DNA of 37,859 nt from Octopus bimaculoides (taxonomy: Eukaryota): contig NC_068981.1 of NCBI RefSeq assembly GCF_001194135.2, positions 166,398,517-166,436,375 of the forward strand, given 5' to 3'. Both the position numbers and the translations under genes were made by a program. How positions within the stretch are numbered: the first letter of the stretch is position 1; each line of letters opens with the position of its first letter. The notes beneath the pieces were generated by a model, which saw nothing but the letters and a program-made list of their open reading frames with translations, did no database searches and was not told the DNA's origin. Positions 11,808-22,339 of the stretch are shown one piece after another.

Positions 11808-12164
11808 ACATGTTAGATTATGTAGTCCTAGATACACAAGGTATGAAATTAAAATGTAATAGTTAGGGCTAGAAAGCTTCTTTAATCATAGGTTTGTTTA
11901 TCAGTGCTGACTAAAGAACAATAACAATTTACCCAGCTTATTCATCTCAACTCCGCAGTTTACTTGACAACCCAACAAGTCTATTACTTTACCAGGTTTA
12001 TTTAGCTTTTCAACCCTTTGAAACTTAATATATTTAAGAGCAGCAAATGACAAAATTTCAGAGGATCGAACAAAATGCCTTGTAGTTGTGGAAGCAAGGT
12101 CTAGAATCAAAGGGTCTTAGAGTCAATCTAGCAAAGTCTTAAGTAGGAAGGCAGACAAACCACA

Positions 12165-12310
12165 GTCACACACACAAACACATTTATATACACACACATA
12201 TACACACACACACATACATACACACACATATACATACGCACATACATGCATGCACACACACATGCATGCACACACATACACACACACACACATACATACA
12301 CACATGCATA
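12165..12310. repeat. Compound (AC)/(AT) microsatellite
   Basis: Direct inspection. Confidence 0.95.
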
Positions 12311-12939
12311 TATAATCTAGATTGCTATGTGTAATTATTGTTTTCTCTGTGCATTCATATGAATAATTGATTCATTGAAGTCACTTATAGAAGAAGACAA
12401 GAGGAAGACTCAAAAACAAGCAGTTAGATATTGAACCTGAGACTGTTGATGATCCATAACTAAGATGCATGGAGAGGTAATGGAAACTAGATACATTCAG
12501 TTGATACCAGAATAGGTAGGAAAGGTGTGTGTAGCGGAAGGACAATAAAATTAGGGATTTATAGTTGTTAGCTTGATTTTAAGATTGGTTCTCCCTTGTA
12601 TATTTTCAGGAAATCATAGTGTATCACCTGTGATGTAGAAAGTAAAAGATAAATATATGTATGGAATCAGTTGATAATTCATTGAAAACTCAGTTTCATG
12701 CATTTAAACTAATATACGTATGTTTGTTTGTGTGTGTGGTGGGTATAATGAACTTATTGTACACAATGCTCAGGTGCACTACAACTTGGAAAAGCTTAGA
12801 AGGCAACAGAAAGTGGGTATGTTGGTCAAATTAAGAAAGACAGCAATGAAAGCTTTAAGTACATGCACAGTGCCTCAAATAAAACACAATATATGCAGAA
12901 GTGGACATTAAAAGAGCCATGATTAGGACAACAGAGTTC

Positions 12940-13090
12940 TTAGGAATAGCATTAGCAAATTTCAAGAAGCTCGAACCTTTTGAAGGATGCAATGTCCTGA
13001 AAGCTGCAACTGACAGGAGTAGTTTATTCCATGCTTCGACAATTCTTAGCATGAAAGAACGTTTTCAAAAGTCATGGCTGTTGTGGTGTT
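12940..13090 (-). mobile_element. Decayed CR1-clade LINE RT C-terminal remnant
   Basis: HDF*KRSFMLRIVEAWNKLLLSVAAFRTLHPSK resembles the CR1 terminal motif FFxxRVVxAWNxLPxxVV...FK. Confidence 0.65.
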
Positions 13091-13186
13091 TTTTTTTTTT
13101 TTCATCTTATAAGTGGTAGGCATTGCATTAAAACAGGTGGCTAAAGTTGTTGTTGTAAAGATGGTGGGTAGTTTTGTGGGTTCCTA

Positions 13187-13189
<3 letters not shown>

Positions 13190-13223
<34 letters not shown>

Positions 13224-13375
13224 GACTTCTTTCAATTCCTATATCCCAAATCCACTCACAAGACTTTGGTCAGCTTGAGACTATAGTAGCAGACACTTGC
13301 CCAAAGTACCACTCAGTGTGACTGACCCTGAGACCATGTGATGGGGAGCAAGCTTCTTACCACACAGCCATGCCT
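13190..13375 (-). mobile_element. SINE A 5' half plus (AC)n
   Basis: AAATCCACTCACAAGACTTTGGTC...GACACTTGCCCAAAGTACC...CTTCTTACCACACAGCCATGCC is the reverse complement of the family A head and CORE. Confidence 0.8.
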
Positions 13376-13974
13376 ATATAACGTATGCACATATATACAT
13401 CCACACAAGAAGCCACACTCATGCACGTTGTGTACATACATACACAGGCATACATTAGTAAACTTTTTTTATTTTGACAGAATTGTTATTTGAACCAATA
13501 CATTTATTATGAGAATAAATATTCAAGATTGTAAAGATTTTATTTGTATCTGCCTGCATATCTTCTTGTCATGATATCAAAAATAATTGATTTTTTTGCT
13601 TTTGCAATCATTCTATTCATCTTCATCTTTCTCACACATGCACAAAAAAATAAAATGATTGGGAGGAAAAAAACTTGTTTATGATTGGTATTAGCTTTTC
13701 ATAAACAACTTGCTCTGAGGATAGAATAATTTAATTTTTGTTGAAAACAGGGTATACATTAGAATATTTCAGCATACAGCCATGCTCTAAACATAATTTT
13801 ATGTATTCAACTTTTTACAGAATGTTTTTTTTTTTTGTTTTTTTTTTTAACTTTTTTAAGGAATTTAACCTGAAGGTAGGAAGAAACATTTAAATATCGG
13901 AAATGTTTAAAGATTTATTTTTTTGCGAAAATTTAAAATGAATTTTTTTTTTTATATATATTATTTTATTCAGT

Positions 13975-14075
13975 GGGCATAGCAGTGGCTCTGTGATTGA
14001 AAAAGTTCCCTTAGTAACTACATGGTTCTGGGTTTGGTCCCACTGCACACTACTTTGGGCAAATAATCATCTTCT
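13975..14075 (+). mobile_element. Diverged SINE A head
   Basis: GGGCATAGCAGTGGCTCTGTG...ACATGGTTCTGGGTTTGGTCCCACTGCAC...TTTGGGCAAATAATCATCTTCTAC. Confidence 0.6.
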
Positions 14076-14206
14076 ACCATTACTTCATATCTGTCTCTTT
14101 CTCTCACTCTTTCTCTTGCATGCTCTCTCTCTCTCTTTCTCTCATGCTCTCTCTCTCTATATAACCCATACCAGCATGGAAAAACAGGCATTAAATGATG
14201 ATAATG

Positions 14207-14209
<3 letters not shown>

Positions 14210-14252
<43 letters not shown>

Positions 14253-14285
14253 NNNNNNNNNNATAGACACACACATGTACACAAA

Positions 14286-14335
<50 letters not shown>

Positions 14336-14365
14336 CCATGCACACAAAACACATATATATATATT
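14210..14365. repeat. (TA)n/(CA)n microsatellites around a 10-N gap (14253-14262)
   Basis: Direct inspection. Confidence 0.95.
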
Positions 14366-14454
14366 AGTATATGCAGCCATGTATATACAGAATCATGCCT
14401 ATCTATTGTGTGTGTGTGTGTGTAAAGTAAAATAACAAAGACAGACAGCTTGTT

Positions 14455-14600
14455 ACATCATCATTTAATGTCCATCTTCGATGCATGCATGGGTAGCATG
14501 GTTCACAGGAGCTAGCCAGGTAGAAAAACTACCTTATGCTACTGTGTCTGTTTGGGCTGGGTTTTTATGGCTGGATGCCCTTTGTAACACCAACCATTAA
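14455..14600 (-). mobile_element. Diverged RTE-family 3' end
   Basis: CATCATCATTTAATGTCCATCTTCGATGCATGCATGGG...GGCTGGATGCCCTTTGTAACACCAACC. Confidence 0.65.
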
Positions 14601-15109
14601 GCCCATCATTGGAAATGAAAGGAGTAAAGAAACATGAGTCTATACTGATCTAGACATGTTGAGAGTGTTGTGTGGGCAATGATCCAGTAGTATCTGTTTA
14701 AGTGGTGGTGGCAGCCATGGGCACGACAAAAGTTGCTACTACAATGTTGTTAGTAGTGGTCATAGAAATTATAGTGGGGCCGAAAGGACTTTGACAACCA
14801 TAACTGATTGATTGATTAACCAAATGATCAATCAAACAATTGATTAGTTAATTAACTAAATATTTAACTAATTGATGAATAATAAAGAAGTGAAATAGAA
14901 CTAATACATATGTTTATTGGCTTAATGGCCTTCCTAAGATACAACAAAATAATTATCTATTTCTAGAGAATAACCTAGATTTTTTAACCTTGTTCTTTTC
15001 ATTGCAAAAGTTCTAGTTCTTGGTTTGATAAACTGTTTGTAAATGGTATTTCTTTTATAGAATCTAAAGATGTCATTATTCCCTCACATTGCATCAAATG
15101 TCTTTTATA

Positions 15110-15480
15110 TTGTACTTGTTTCAGTCATTAGACTCTAGCCATGCTGGAATAGCCCCCTCCCCACCTTTCCATAAAGAGTTTAGTCAAATGAATTGACCCC
15201 AGAGCTTATTTTTAAGTTTGGTACTTATTCTATCAAACCCTTTTGCTAAACTACAAAGTTACAGGGACTTAACAAATAACGCAGTGGGAGAGGAGACAAG
15301 CACAAACACACATAATAGGTTTCCACACAGTTTCTGTCTACCAGATTCACTTACAAGGCACTGGTTGACCTGAAGCAATAGATCGATTGATGACACTTGC
15401 CCAAGGTGATGTGCAGTGGAACTGCATCTGAAACCACATGGTTGCAAAGCAAGCTTCTTCACCATACAGTTATACTGGTG
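15110..15480 (-). mobile_element. Diverged near-full-length SINE A
   Basis: TACTTGTTTCAGTCATTAGACT...GGTACTTATTCTATC...GACACTTGCCCAAGGTG...GCTTCTTCACCATACAG. Confidence 0.75.
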
Positions 15481-16265
15481 CTAATAGTAAAACAAAACCA
15501 GATGTAATCTGAAGTTCATATTTGTGTTATTTTGAAAGTTCCAAGTAGTCACATGCTTTACTCCATTGTCTTGAGGGTGACCCATCTGTATAATTGACTT
15601 GGATTTTAAAACAATTGATTGTTTAATGTTGGCATGGTGCTTTTTTACCTCCTCATTATTGGATGATAGTAAATAAATTAGAAAATTAATGTAATTAATT
15701 TTTAAGATCCCTTTCATTAATATTTATCATTCTCATGAATAGATAAATGATTGTCATTTCATATAGCTCTTTCCTAAGGCTGCTGCTGTTTATCCTCAAC
15801 TTGGCCCGAATCAAGCAGACTAGTCATCAGGGATGTTCCAGGCATCTTATTCGTTTGAATACCAGTCTCTTTCTTATCTAATATGTCTTTCCAGTTTTGA
15901 AGATGTTATGGTGTGATTTGAAGGGAGAACTTGGCTGCTATTTATAGCAAGGCGAGCGACCCTGTAGAGGCTTCTTTGTTGGCTTATTTCACTGTAGTCA
16001 AGTACAGATTTTTTTTTTTATCCTTCGAGCTGAAACTGTGTCAACAAACAAATAAGCAAATAGAATTAGGAGAAAAAACAAAAGCGTGTTCAAACAAATC
16101 AAACTATAAAAATCGTTACAGTAATGATTTTTGCATTAATGTATTTTATTAGTTCAATTCTAAACCTTATAATATTTATGTATCCTTACAGGATACCAAA
16201 ATAGAAATCATTTGACCTAATATGTTGCTATAGATAAGTGTACTTGATATCATATCATCTGGGAA

Positions 16266-16606
16266 TCTATATATATAAAAATGAGAATGTGTGTCTGTCT
16301 GTCTGTCTGTGTGTGTGTATCCCTAAACCTCGAGAACTACGCAACCAATTTCATTCAAATTTTACACATGCCTTACTTAGGGTTCCAGTTGTGTTTTAGC
16401 AAAAACAATTTTCTAACTTCTTGCAGAGTTCGAGCCCACGGCAACATAATATCTCCTCCACTATTTAAGCATTACGTGTCAAAAGTGAAACAAAAACACT
16501 CATGCCAAATACTTTCACTTTAAAAATGAAACTATTCCACTAACTGAAACAATCACATTTCGATACTGTAATGACAGATACTTTCAGAGAGAGGGAGAGG
16601 GAGAGG

Positions 16607-16639
<33 letters not shown>

Positions 16640-17721
16640 GTATATGTACACGTTATTCCTCTAACTGAAACAATCACATTTCGATACTGTAATGGCAGAT
16701 ACTTTCAGAGAGAGAGAGAGATGTATATGTATATATATATAGATGTATATGTACACGTATATGTATAGATATATATGCATACATGTATATGTATACATAT
16801 GTGTAGATGTATTACCCTTTCAGATATACTTACATTGTGATTTCTGCAATGTGGTGCATAAATTGTCAAGTAAATGAGACGCATCTTTGCCTCNNNNNNN
16901 NNNNNNNNNNNNNNNNNNNNNNNNNNNNNNNNNNNNNNNNNNNNNNNNNNNNNNNNNNNNNNNNNNNNNNNNNNNNNNNNNNNNNNNNNNNNNNNNNNNN
17001 NNNNNNNNNNNNNNNNNNNNNNNNNNNNNNNNNNNNNNNNNNNNNNNNNNNNNNNNNNNNNNNNNNNNNNNNNNNNNNNNNNNNNNNNNNNNNNNNNNNN
17101 NNNNNNNNNNNNNNNNNNNNNNNNNNNNNNNNNNNNNNNNNNNNNNNNNNNNNNNNNNNNNNNNNNNNNNNNNNNNNNNNNNNNNNNNNNNNNNNNNNNN
17201 NNNNNNNNNNNNNNNNNNNNNNNNNNNNNNNNNNNNNNNNNNNNNNNNNNNNNNNNNNNNNNNNNNNNNNNNNNNNNNNNNNNNNNNNNNNNNNNNNNNN
17301 NNNNNNNNNNNNNNNNNNNNNNNNNNNNNNNNNNNNNNNNNNNNNNNNNNNNNNNTATTTTCACTCTTTTACAAACCCAGTGAAAATACATATATTTCAT
17401 ATGTCAAAGAAATTCAAGCAATACATATAACACCAAAGTTAAAAACATTCCCAACAATTCCACAATCCCCAACCTCCAGAGCTATTGAAGAAACTGTTAT
17501 CATCAACTGACCAAGATTCCTAACATTTGCAAAACAAAATTAGACAATACGACGCTGTACTACAGATGACATCATTTGGAACCACAAGAGATTTAACTGA
17601 GGCAGCATTCATCCAAACTTTCAAGATCCAACCTCAGATTTATCATCGCATTGTCTCTCTACTACCTCTGTCAAATGAATCACCAAACTGGAAAATCAGC
17701 AATAAAAAACCTTTGATTTGA
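16266..17721 (+). mobile_element. Helitron (defective): 5' end plus RepHel N-terminal fragment; 3' end not found
   Basis: A|TCTATATATATAAAAATG...GTCTGTCTGT 5' terminus typical of non-autonomous Helitrons. 17527-17690 encodes NKIRQYDAVLQMTSFG...FIQTFKIQPQIYHRIVSLLP, matching the RepHel motif NIRxYNxxFQMTSFG...TFKIQGQxYHRIGSLLP. Spans the gap. Confidence 0.8.
16894..17355. other. Assembly gap (N run)
   Basis: Run of N. Confidence 1.
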
Positions 17722-17981
17722 ATTTTTTAATGGAAAAAACTTTTGTGTACAGTATGTAACAGTAACTGAGACGACTGAGCATCAATATTCATTCGGGATT
17801 TGTGGAAGGCTCGTTTTTCGAAGGTGCACTTGGTCTTCATGGCTGTCGAGCGTGAATAATTAATGCGACGGTGCGTACGAGGTCGTCAGTTGTTGTGATG
17901 GTTCAGGGTCACAGGTTTTTGTTCGAAGATCTAAGACCCCCCCCCCCCTGGTTTTACTAAAGAGTGCTGTAAGTACAAGCA

Positions 17982-18218
17982 GGTACTACTAAAGCAGCGC
18001 GGACCCGAACGCGCAGTCGCGCGTCCGCGCTAGCTAGTCGTGAGTGGTCGATCCTAACCCTAACCCTAAACACATATTTATTTGCACACGCGGGTTAGGG
18101 ATAGGGTTAGGGACAGGGTTAGGGTTAGGGATAGGGTTAGGGTTAGGATCGACCACTCAAGACTAGCTAGCGCGGACGCGCGACTGCGCGTTCGGGTCCG
18201 CGCTGCTTTAGTAGTACC
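17982..18218. mobile_element. Palindromic MITE with telomere-repeat core (Merlin- or MULE-like)
   Basis: 87-bp inverted arms 17982-18068 and 18132-18218 with one mismatch, termini GGTAC...GTACC, exact 9-bp TSD GTACAAGCA at 17973-17981 and 18219-18227, TTAGGG-variant array 18092-18147. Superfamily is inferred. Confidence 0.9.
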
Positions 18219-18639
18219 GTACAAGCACAAATGACAGACGCATTTCCATCTCTACACATACACGCTCCTTGTTTATACAAATCACTCACAAACTAAACAA
18301 ACACCGATCACACAATATTTATATTTCTTAAATTAAATTGATGTTGATGATGATGAAGATTATTCTCCGTAGCTGCCCTCGATCTTTTGCAAAAAGCCGC
18401 AATGGTTAGCTTAAATTCCAAGGCGAGAGCCGCAAGCACGGAGGTTGGAGTGAAAGTAAGAAACAGTTTTAAAAGGGTAATTTTTCAGAGTGTTACTCTG
18501 AAAAACTACCAATTTTTTCCCCCAGACTAACTCAAATTACGGATTTTTAGTAGTACTCACACACATACACACAATGAGGGAAAGCAAGCTCCTGGTATGT
18601 AAAAAACAATAAACTTTCTGCAACCCATCACTGGGGCTT

Positions 18640-19073
18640 GTTTTCACTTACATCCAAAGTGAGAATGAGTTGGATGCAGACAACTGGCAGGATGGATACT
18701 GAGGTCCTTCAAGACAAGAGACCAAGAAACTATGTTGACCCTGTGGAGAACCATTGGTTTCAGCCGCCTGGACTACTGTTCCCAGTTACGGTCACCACAT
18801 TGTGCCAAACTGACAGCGGAGTTTGAAGCAGTCCTACGCCACTACACAAAAAAGATTGAGCAGTGCAGTGGATGAGCTACAGAGATAGGCTGAAAAAACC
18901 AACTTTTCCCTCTGGAGCAAAGACATGAGAGATATGCAATAATATACGTATGGAAAATCCTAGAAGGGCTAGTTCCTAATTTCAACATCAAGTGTTATAC
19001 CATTGTACTGCAATAGCCTAGGGTTCAAAGGCCCACAGCTCTTCAATGCCCTGTCACAAAAATGAAGAAATCT
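18640..19073 (+). mobile_element. CR1-clade LINE RT C-terminal remnant
   Basis: CRQLAGWILRSFKTRDQETMLTLWRTIGFSRLDYCSQLRSPH...EAVLRHYTKKI, then after frameshifts MSYRDRLK...ERYAIIYVWKILEGLVPNF and GFKGPQLFNAL. Confidence 0.85.
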
Positions 19074-19279
19074 GGGTAATTTTTCAGAGTGAAAATCGTG
19101 CGGGTGTTACTCTTCGGAAGGAGGGAGGGCAAAAAAAAATCCCTTCTTTAATATTGTTTGTTTTATAATTTATAATGTTTAAATTATACACATCCGAAAT
19201 TGAATTCTTGGCGCACTAGATCATTCCCGATTCTATTATATAGGAACACCATACAGACACACGCACACACACGTATACT

Positions 19280-19310
<31 letters not shown>

Positions 19311-19367
19311 ATATATTACTTATAATTAAAGATGTGTTAAAGAATTCTTTTTGCCTTCATTTCATTC

Positions 19368-19377
<10 letters not shown>

Positions 19378-19433
<56 letters not shown>

Positions 19434-19447
19434 ACATATATATATAT
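19378..19447. repeat. (TA)n microsatellite
   Basis: Direct inspection. Confidence 0.95.
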
Positions 19448-19558
19448 AATGAGACTTAATAAGTTAAACTAATTCGATCCATTTACTGTGTACAGCGTAA
19501 ATACTTGTAGCGACTGTTTCGTGTTCGGTGTTTATTTACTACTAAAACGAAAACTTAC

Positions 19559-19608
19559 GAGTTTCTGTTGCTACTGCTGCTATTTATTATTGTTTGACAT
19601 TTAGACAT
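19559..19608 (-). other. Candidate first coding exon, minus strand (MSKCQTIINSSSSNRN)
   Basis: ATG at 19608, open for 16 codons plus 2 nt to donor CTC|GTAAGT at 19558. No downstream exon could be linked. Confidence 0.2.
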
Positions 19609-20093
19609 TTGTCTTCTTTGTCCAGCCTTGATAGTTTTAAGTCTTTAAAAGCATATTTCATTTTCAATTGTCCGATGCTGCCATACTCAAGTATTTCAAC
19701 CACCACCACCACCACCACCACCATAATTACAATAAAAACAATTTCACTAACCACTACCATCTAATATCCGAGTAAATAGAGAGAGAAAACCTAACACATA
19801 AAAGGTTAATAATAAAAAAAAAAAAAGGAAATCATATTCTAAATACGGTATTTAAAAACAAATACAGGAACGGAAGAAGTAACTTTTTATCTTTTATTAT
19901 TTTGAAAACTTCACAGGATGAAAAAATAGAACACTAAAACAATATTTTCAACAGTTTCTTGACTTTCCATTTTGCAAGAAAGTAATATTTATAAATAATA
20001 TTATTTATGCAACTCATTGATTCTTTCAACGGATCTGTCGATCGTTTCCATTTTAAATATTTTACTATTAAATAAGATATAGTACTTTAAACT

Positions 20094-20115
20094 ATGACTT
20101 CGACTGCCAGGACAG
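20094..20115 (+). other. Candidate first-exon 3' end (ATG..MTSTART, donor CAG|GTAAGA)
   Basis: Consensus donor at 20116 in a CpG-containing region largely free of recognisable TEs. The 5' boundary is unknown. Confidence 0.25.
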
Positions 20116-20335
20116 GTAAGAATCAATTGTTGTTTACAAAAACTTTTATTTCTTAAGTGTTTCTTTCTTTACCATGCAGTCTACCTCACACGCTTTTCTC
20201 TCTGTATCTCTTTGCCTTATATTTTCTGTGTATCGGTCTCTGCATTTTTCGTTTACACAATCTCTTCTCGCTCGCTCACTCTTATCACAATCTTTTGCCA
20301 ATTCTTTCAATTCTCTCTCTTTCTCTCTTCTTTGT

Positions 20336-20385
<50 letters not shown>

Positions 20386-21635
20386 TGTGAAAACCACTTG
20401 TTGCACTTTGTTAACGAAACGTGGCCTGTTTTATTATCTGTAACTGTTTTGATGTGGGTATCCGTTATTGTGGTTTGCTTTATTCTTGACGGGTTGCGAT
20501 GTGGGGGGTAACAACTGTGTCTTCTTTTTGTTGCGTTGTTATTGATTGTGACTCCGATCGACTCAGTTCGAGCAGACTTAAGAGTTGGTTACAGTGATTG
20601 TTGTTGGTATACCGCGTCAGGTGTGCCCTCAAGGAGACCCATGATCAAAGGCACACCAGCAACGGCCATCCGAACATGTATCCCAAACTACAATATTCAT
20701 TTTAAAAATCGTAATGCAATTTCAAATTCCAGCGGTTATTTTTAGCACGTCGAGCGACCACGTAGAAGTATATTGACTCGTAGCTGTTTATCTTTAAATA
20801 GAACACTAAAACATTATTTTCAGCTGTTTATTGACTTTATTCTTTTGCAAGAAAGTTATATATATTTATGTAACTTTTTGATAAAAGGTATTCCAACTAT
20901 CATCTGTGCTGAGAACCCAAGATACTGTTACCCAGCGTGTCCTTTAAGACGGCAGATGTGATTTGAAGGAGCTATGACTGTTATTTCTGGCGAGTCCAGC
21001 CATCAAGTAGAGATCTCCCTTCCTCTTTGGCTCGTGGTTATTGTTGTATATTATTATATTTGCGTTGTGTGTGTGTAGTAGTAGTAGTTGTTGTTGTTTA
21101 TTCCCGCCAGCTCTAAGTCAGCAGAACTTATAGACAAGTAGATAATCAATCGGTCGATAAGATGCAATTCCCAGAACATTTTCATACTACGTCTCTACCT
21201 CAACTAGGTAGAGGCGTTGTATCAGATTGTTCACACCACCACACAGCATGTTACCTGTTCTCCACTGTCCAGTTTTTATTAAATATTTTTGTATGTTTAT
21301 ACATTTTGTGTCTACCGGTTTTTAGTTGGCAAGTGGATTCAGTCAGAGCGTGACATTCACTGTCCCAGCACAGGGTTTCGGTCTAATGAACTGATGCTAT
21401 TTTCGTGTGCATGTTTTTGTTTTTTTTTGTTTTCGTTCCTCTGGGCTAAACGTACGCGCGGGTTATGAGGGAGACAGTGTTCTGTTGTATTGAGAATTAT
21501 AGTATAGATATCGTTGTTTAGCCCTAATATATATAAACAAAGGCGATCCAGCAGTGACCATTTTTTTTTATCATAATTTTATTTATATATGTGTGTGTGT
21601 GTGTCTGAGATTGTCTTATATAATGTTTAAGATGA

Positions 21636-22126
21636 TTTGAGTTGATTCTTTGGCTACTTTGGCTACTGACTAGCCGGAGCTATCTATCTGTCTGTTTATC
21701 TCTCTCTATATATATCTATCTATCTATCTATCTATCACTCGTTCACCTCTGTTTGTGTCCGTAGAATTTATCAAATTAGAAAACGCAAATTTAATATAAA
21801 AATATATTTTCTGAATTTGCAAATTATTTAAAATATAAAAAGATAATTTTCAACAGAGAGAATTTATCAAAATAGAAAACAAAAGAAGTTTAAAGTTTAA
21901 AAATAATAGGATCGACCACTCACGACTAGCTAGCGCGGACGGGACCACTCTGCTTTAGTAGTACCCTTATACTCTGTGTGTTTTCAAACGCATGGATATA
22001 GGTGTCAAATTTGTTCCAATAACTTTCGAGTGATAGATAGATAGAGAGAGAGACAGACAGACAGACAGATAGCTCGCTCCGGCCAGTCATGGTATTAGCT
22101 GTCAGTAGCCAAAGAATCAACTCAAA
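21636..22126. repeat. Foldback element: inverted arms 21636-21741 and 22027-22126 containing (CTAT)/(CTGT) microsatellite
   Basis: TTTGAGTTGATTCTTTGGCTACT...CCGGAGC..(CTAT)n CACTCG is mirrored by CGAGTG(ATAG)n...GCTCCGG...AGTAGCCAAAGAATCAACTCAAA. Confidence 0.85.
21907..21965. mobile_element. Solo terminal repeat related to the 17982-18218 MITE
   Basis: TAGGATCGACCACTCACGACTAGCTAGCGCGGAC-GGGACCACTC-TGCTTTAGTAGTACC equals the MITE right arm with a 16-nt deletion and a few substitutions. Confidence 0.9.
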
Positions 22127-22339
22127 CCAGCAGTAACGTTCCTTGTCAGTTCTACTTTCAATTCTGACAGCTAATACCATGACAGTGCCCTTATTGGTTG
22201 AGCCGAATCATTTTGAAATTATTTAACTAAGAGAACACGTTTATTTATGTAATATGGCCATGGTTTTAATTTGTTACGCTGTCAAAGACAAATCAGCTGC
22301 ATTGTCCCGCCAATTTCGGGAAAATAATTGACACTCAGT

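Noticed and set aside
14790-14880. 16-bp perfect palindrome TTAGTTAATTAACTAA
   Set aside because: Lies in low-complexity AT-rich sequence where such palindromes arise readily.
16705-17510. ORFs of 169-231 aa
   Set aside because: They span the N-gap; only the RepHel-like piece after 17400 is meaningful.
18092-18147. Interpretation as an ancestral telomere fusion or true chromosome end
   Set aside because: Orientation is CCCTAA then TTAGGG (a fusion would be the reverse), the tract is short, and it lies within TIRs with a TSD.
18638-18826. ORF MFSLTSKVRMSW...
   Set aside because: Out-of-frame read of the CR1 remnant.
20536-20745. Plus ORF or exon (GVPSRRPMIKGTPATAIRT...) and minus frame MAVAGVPLIMGLLEGTPD
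   Set aside because: The core 20620-20680 is a diverged family D repeat (GAGACCCATGATCAAAGGCACACCAGC..GGCCATCC) and the splice signals are weak.
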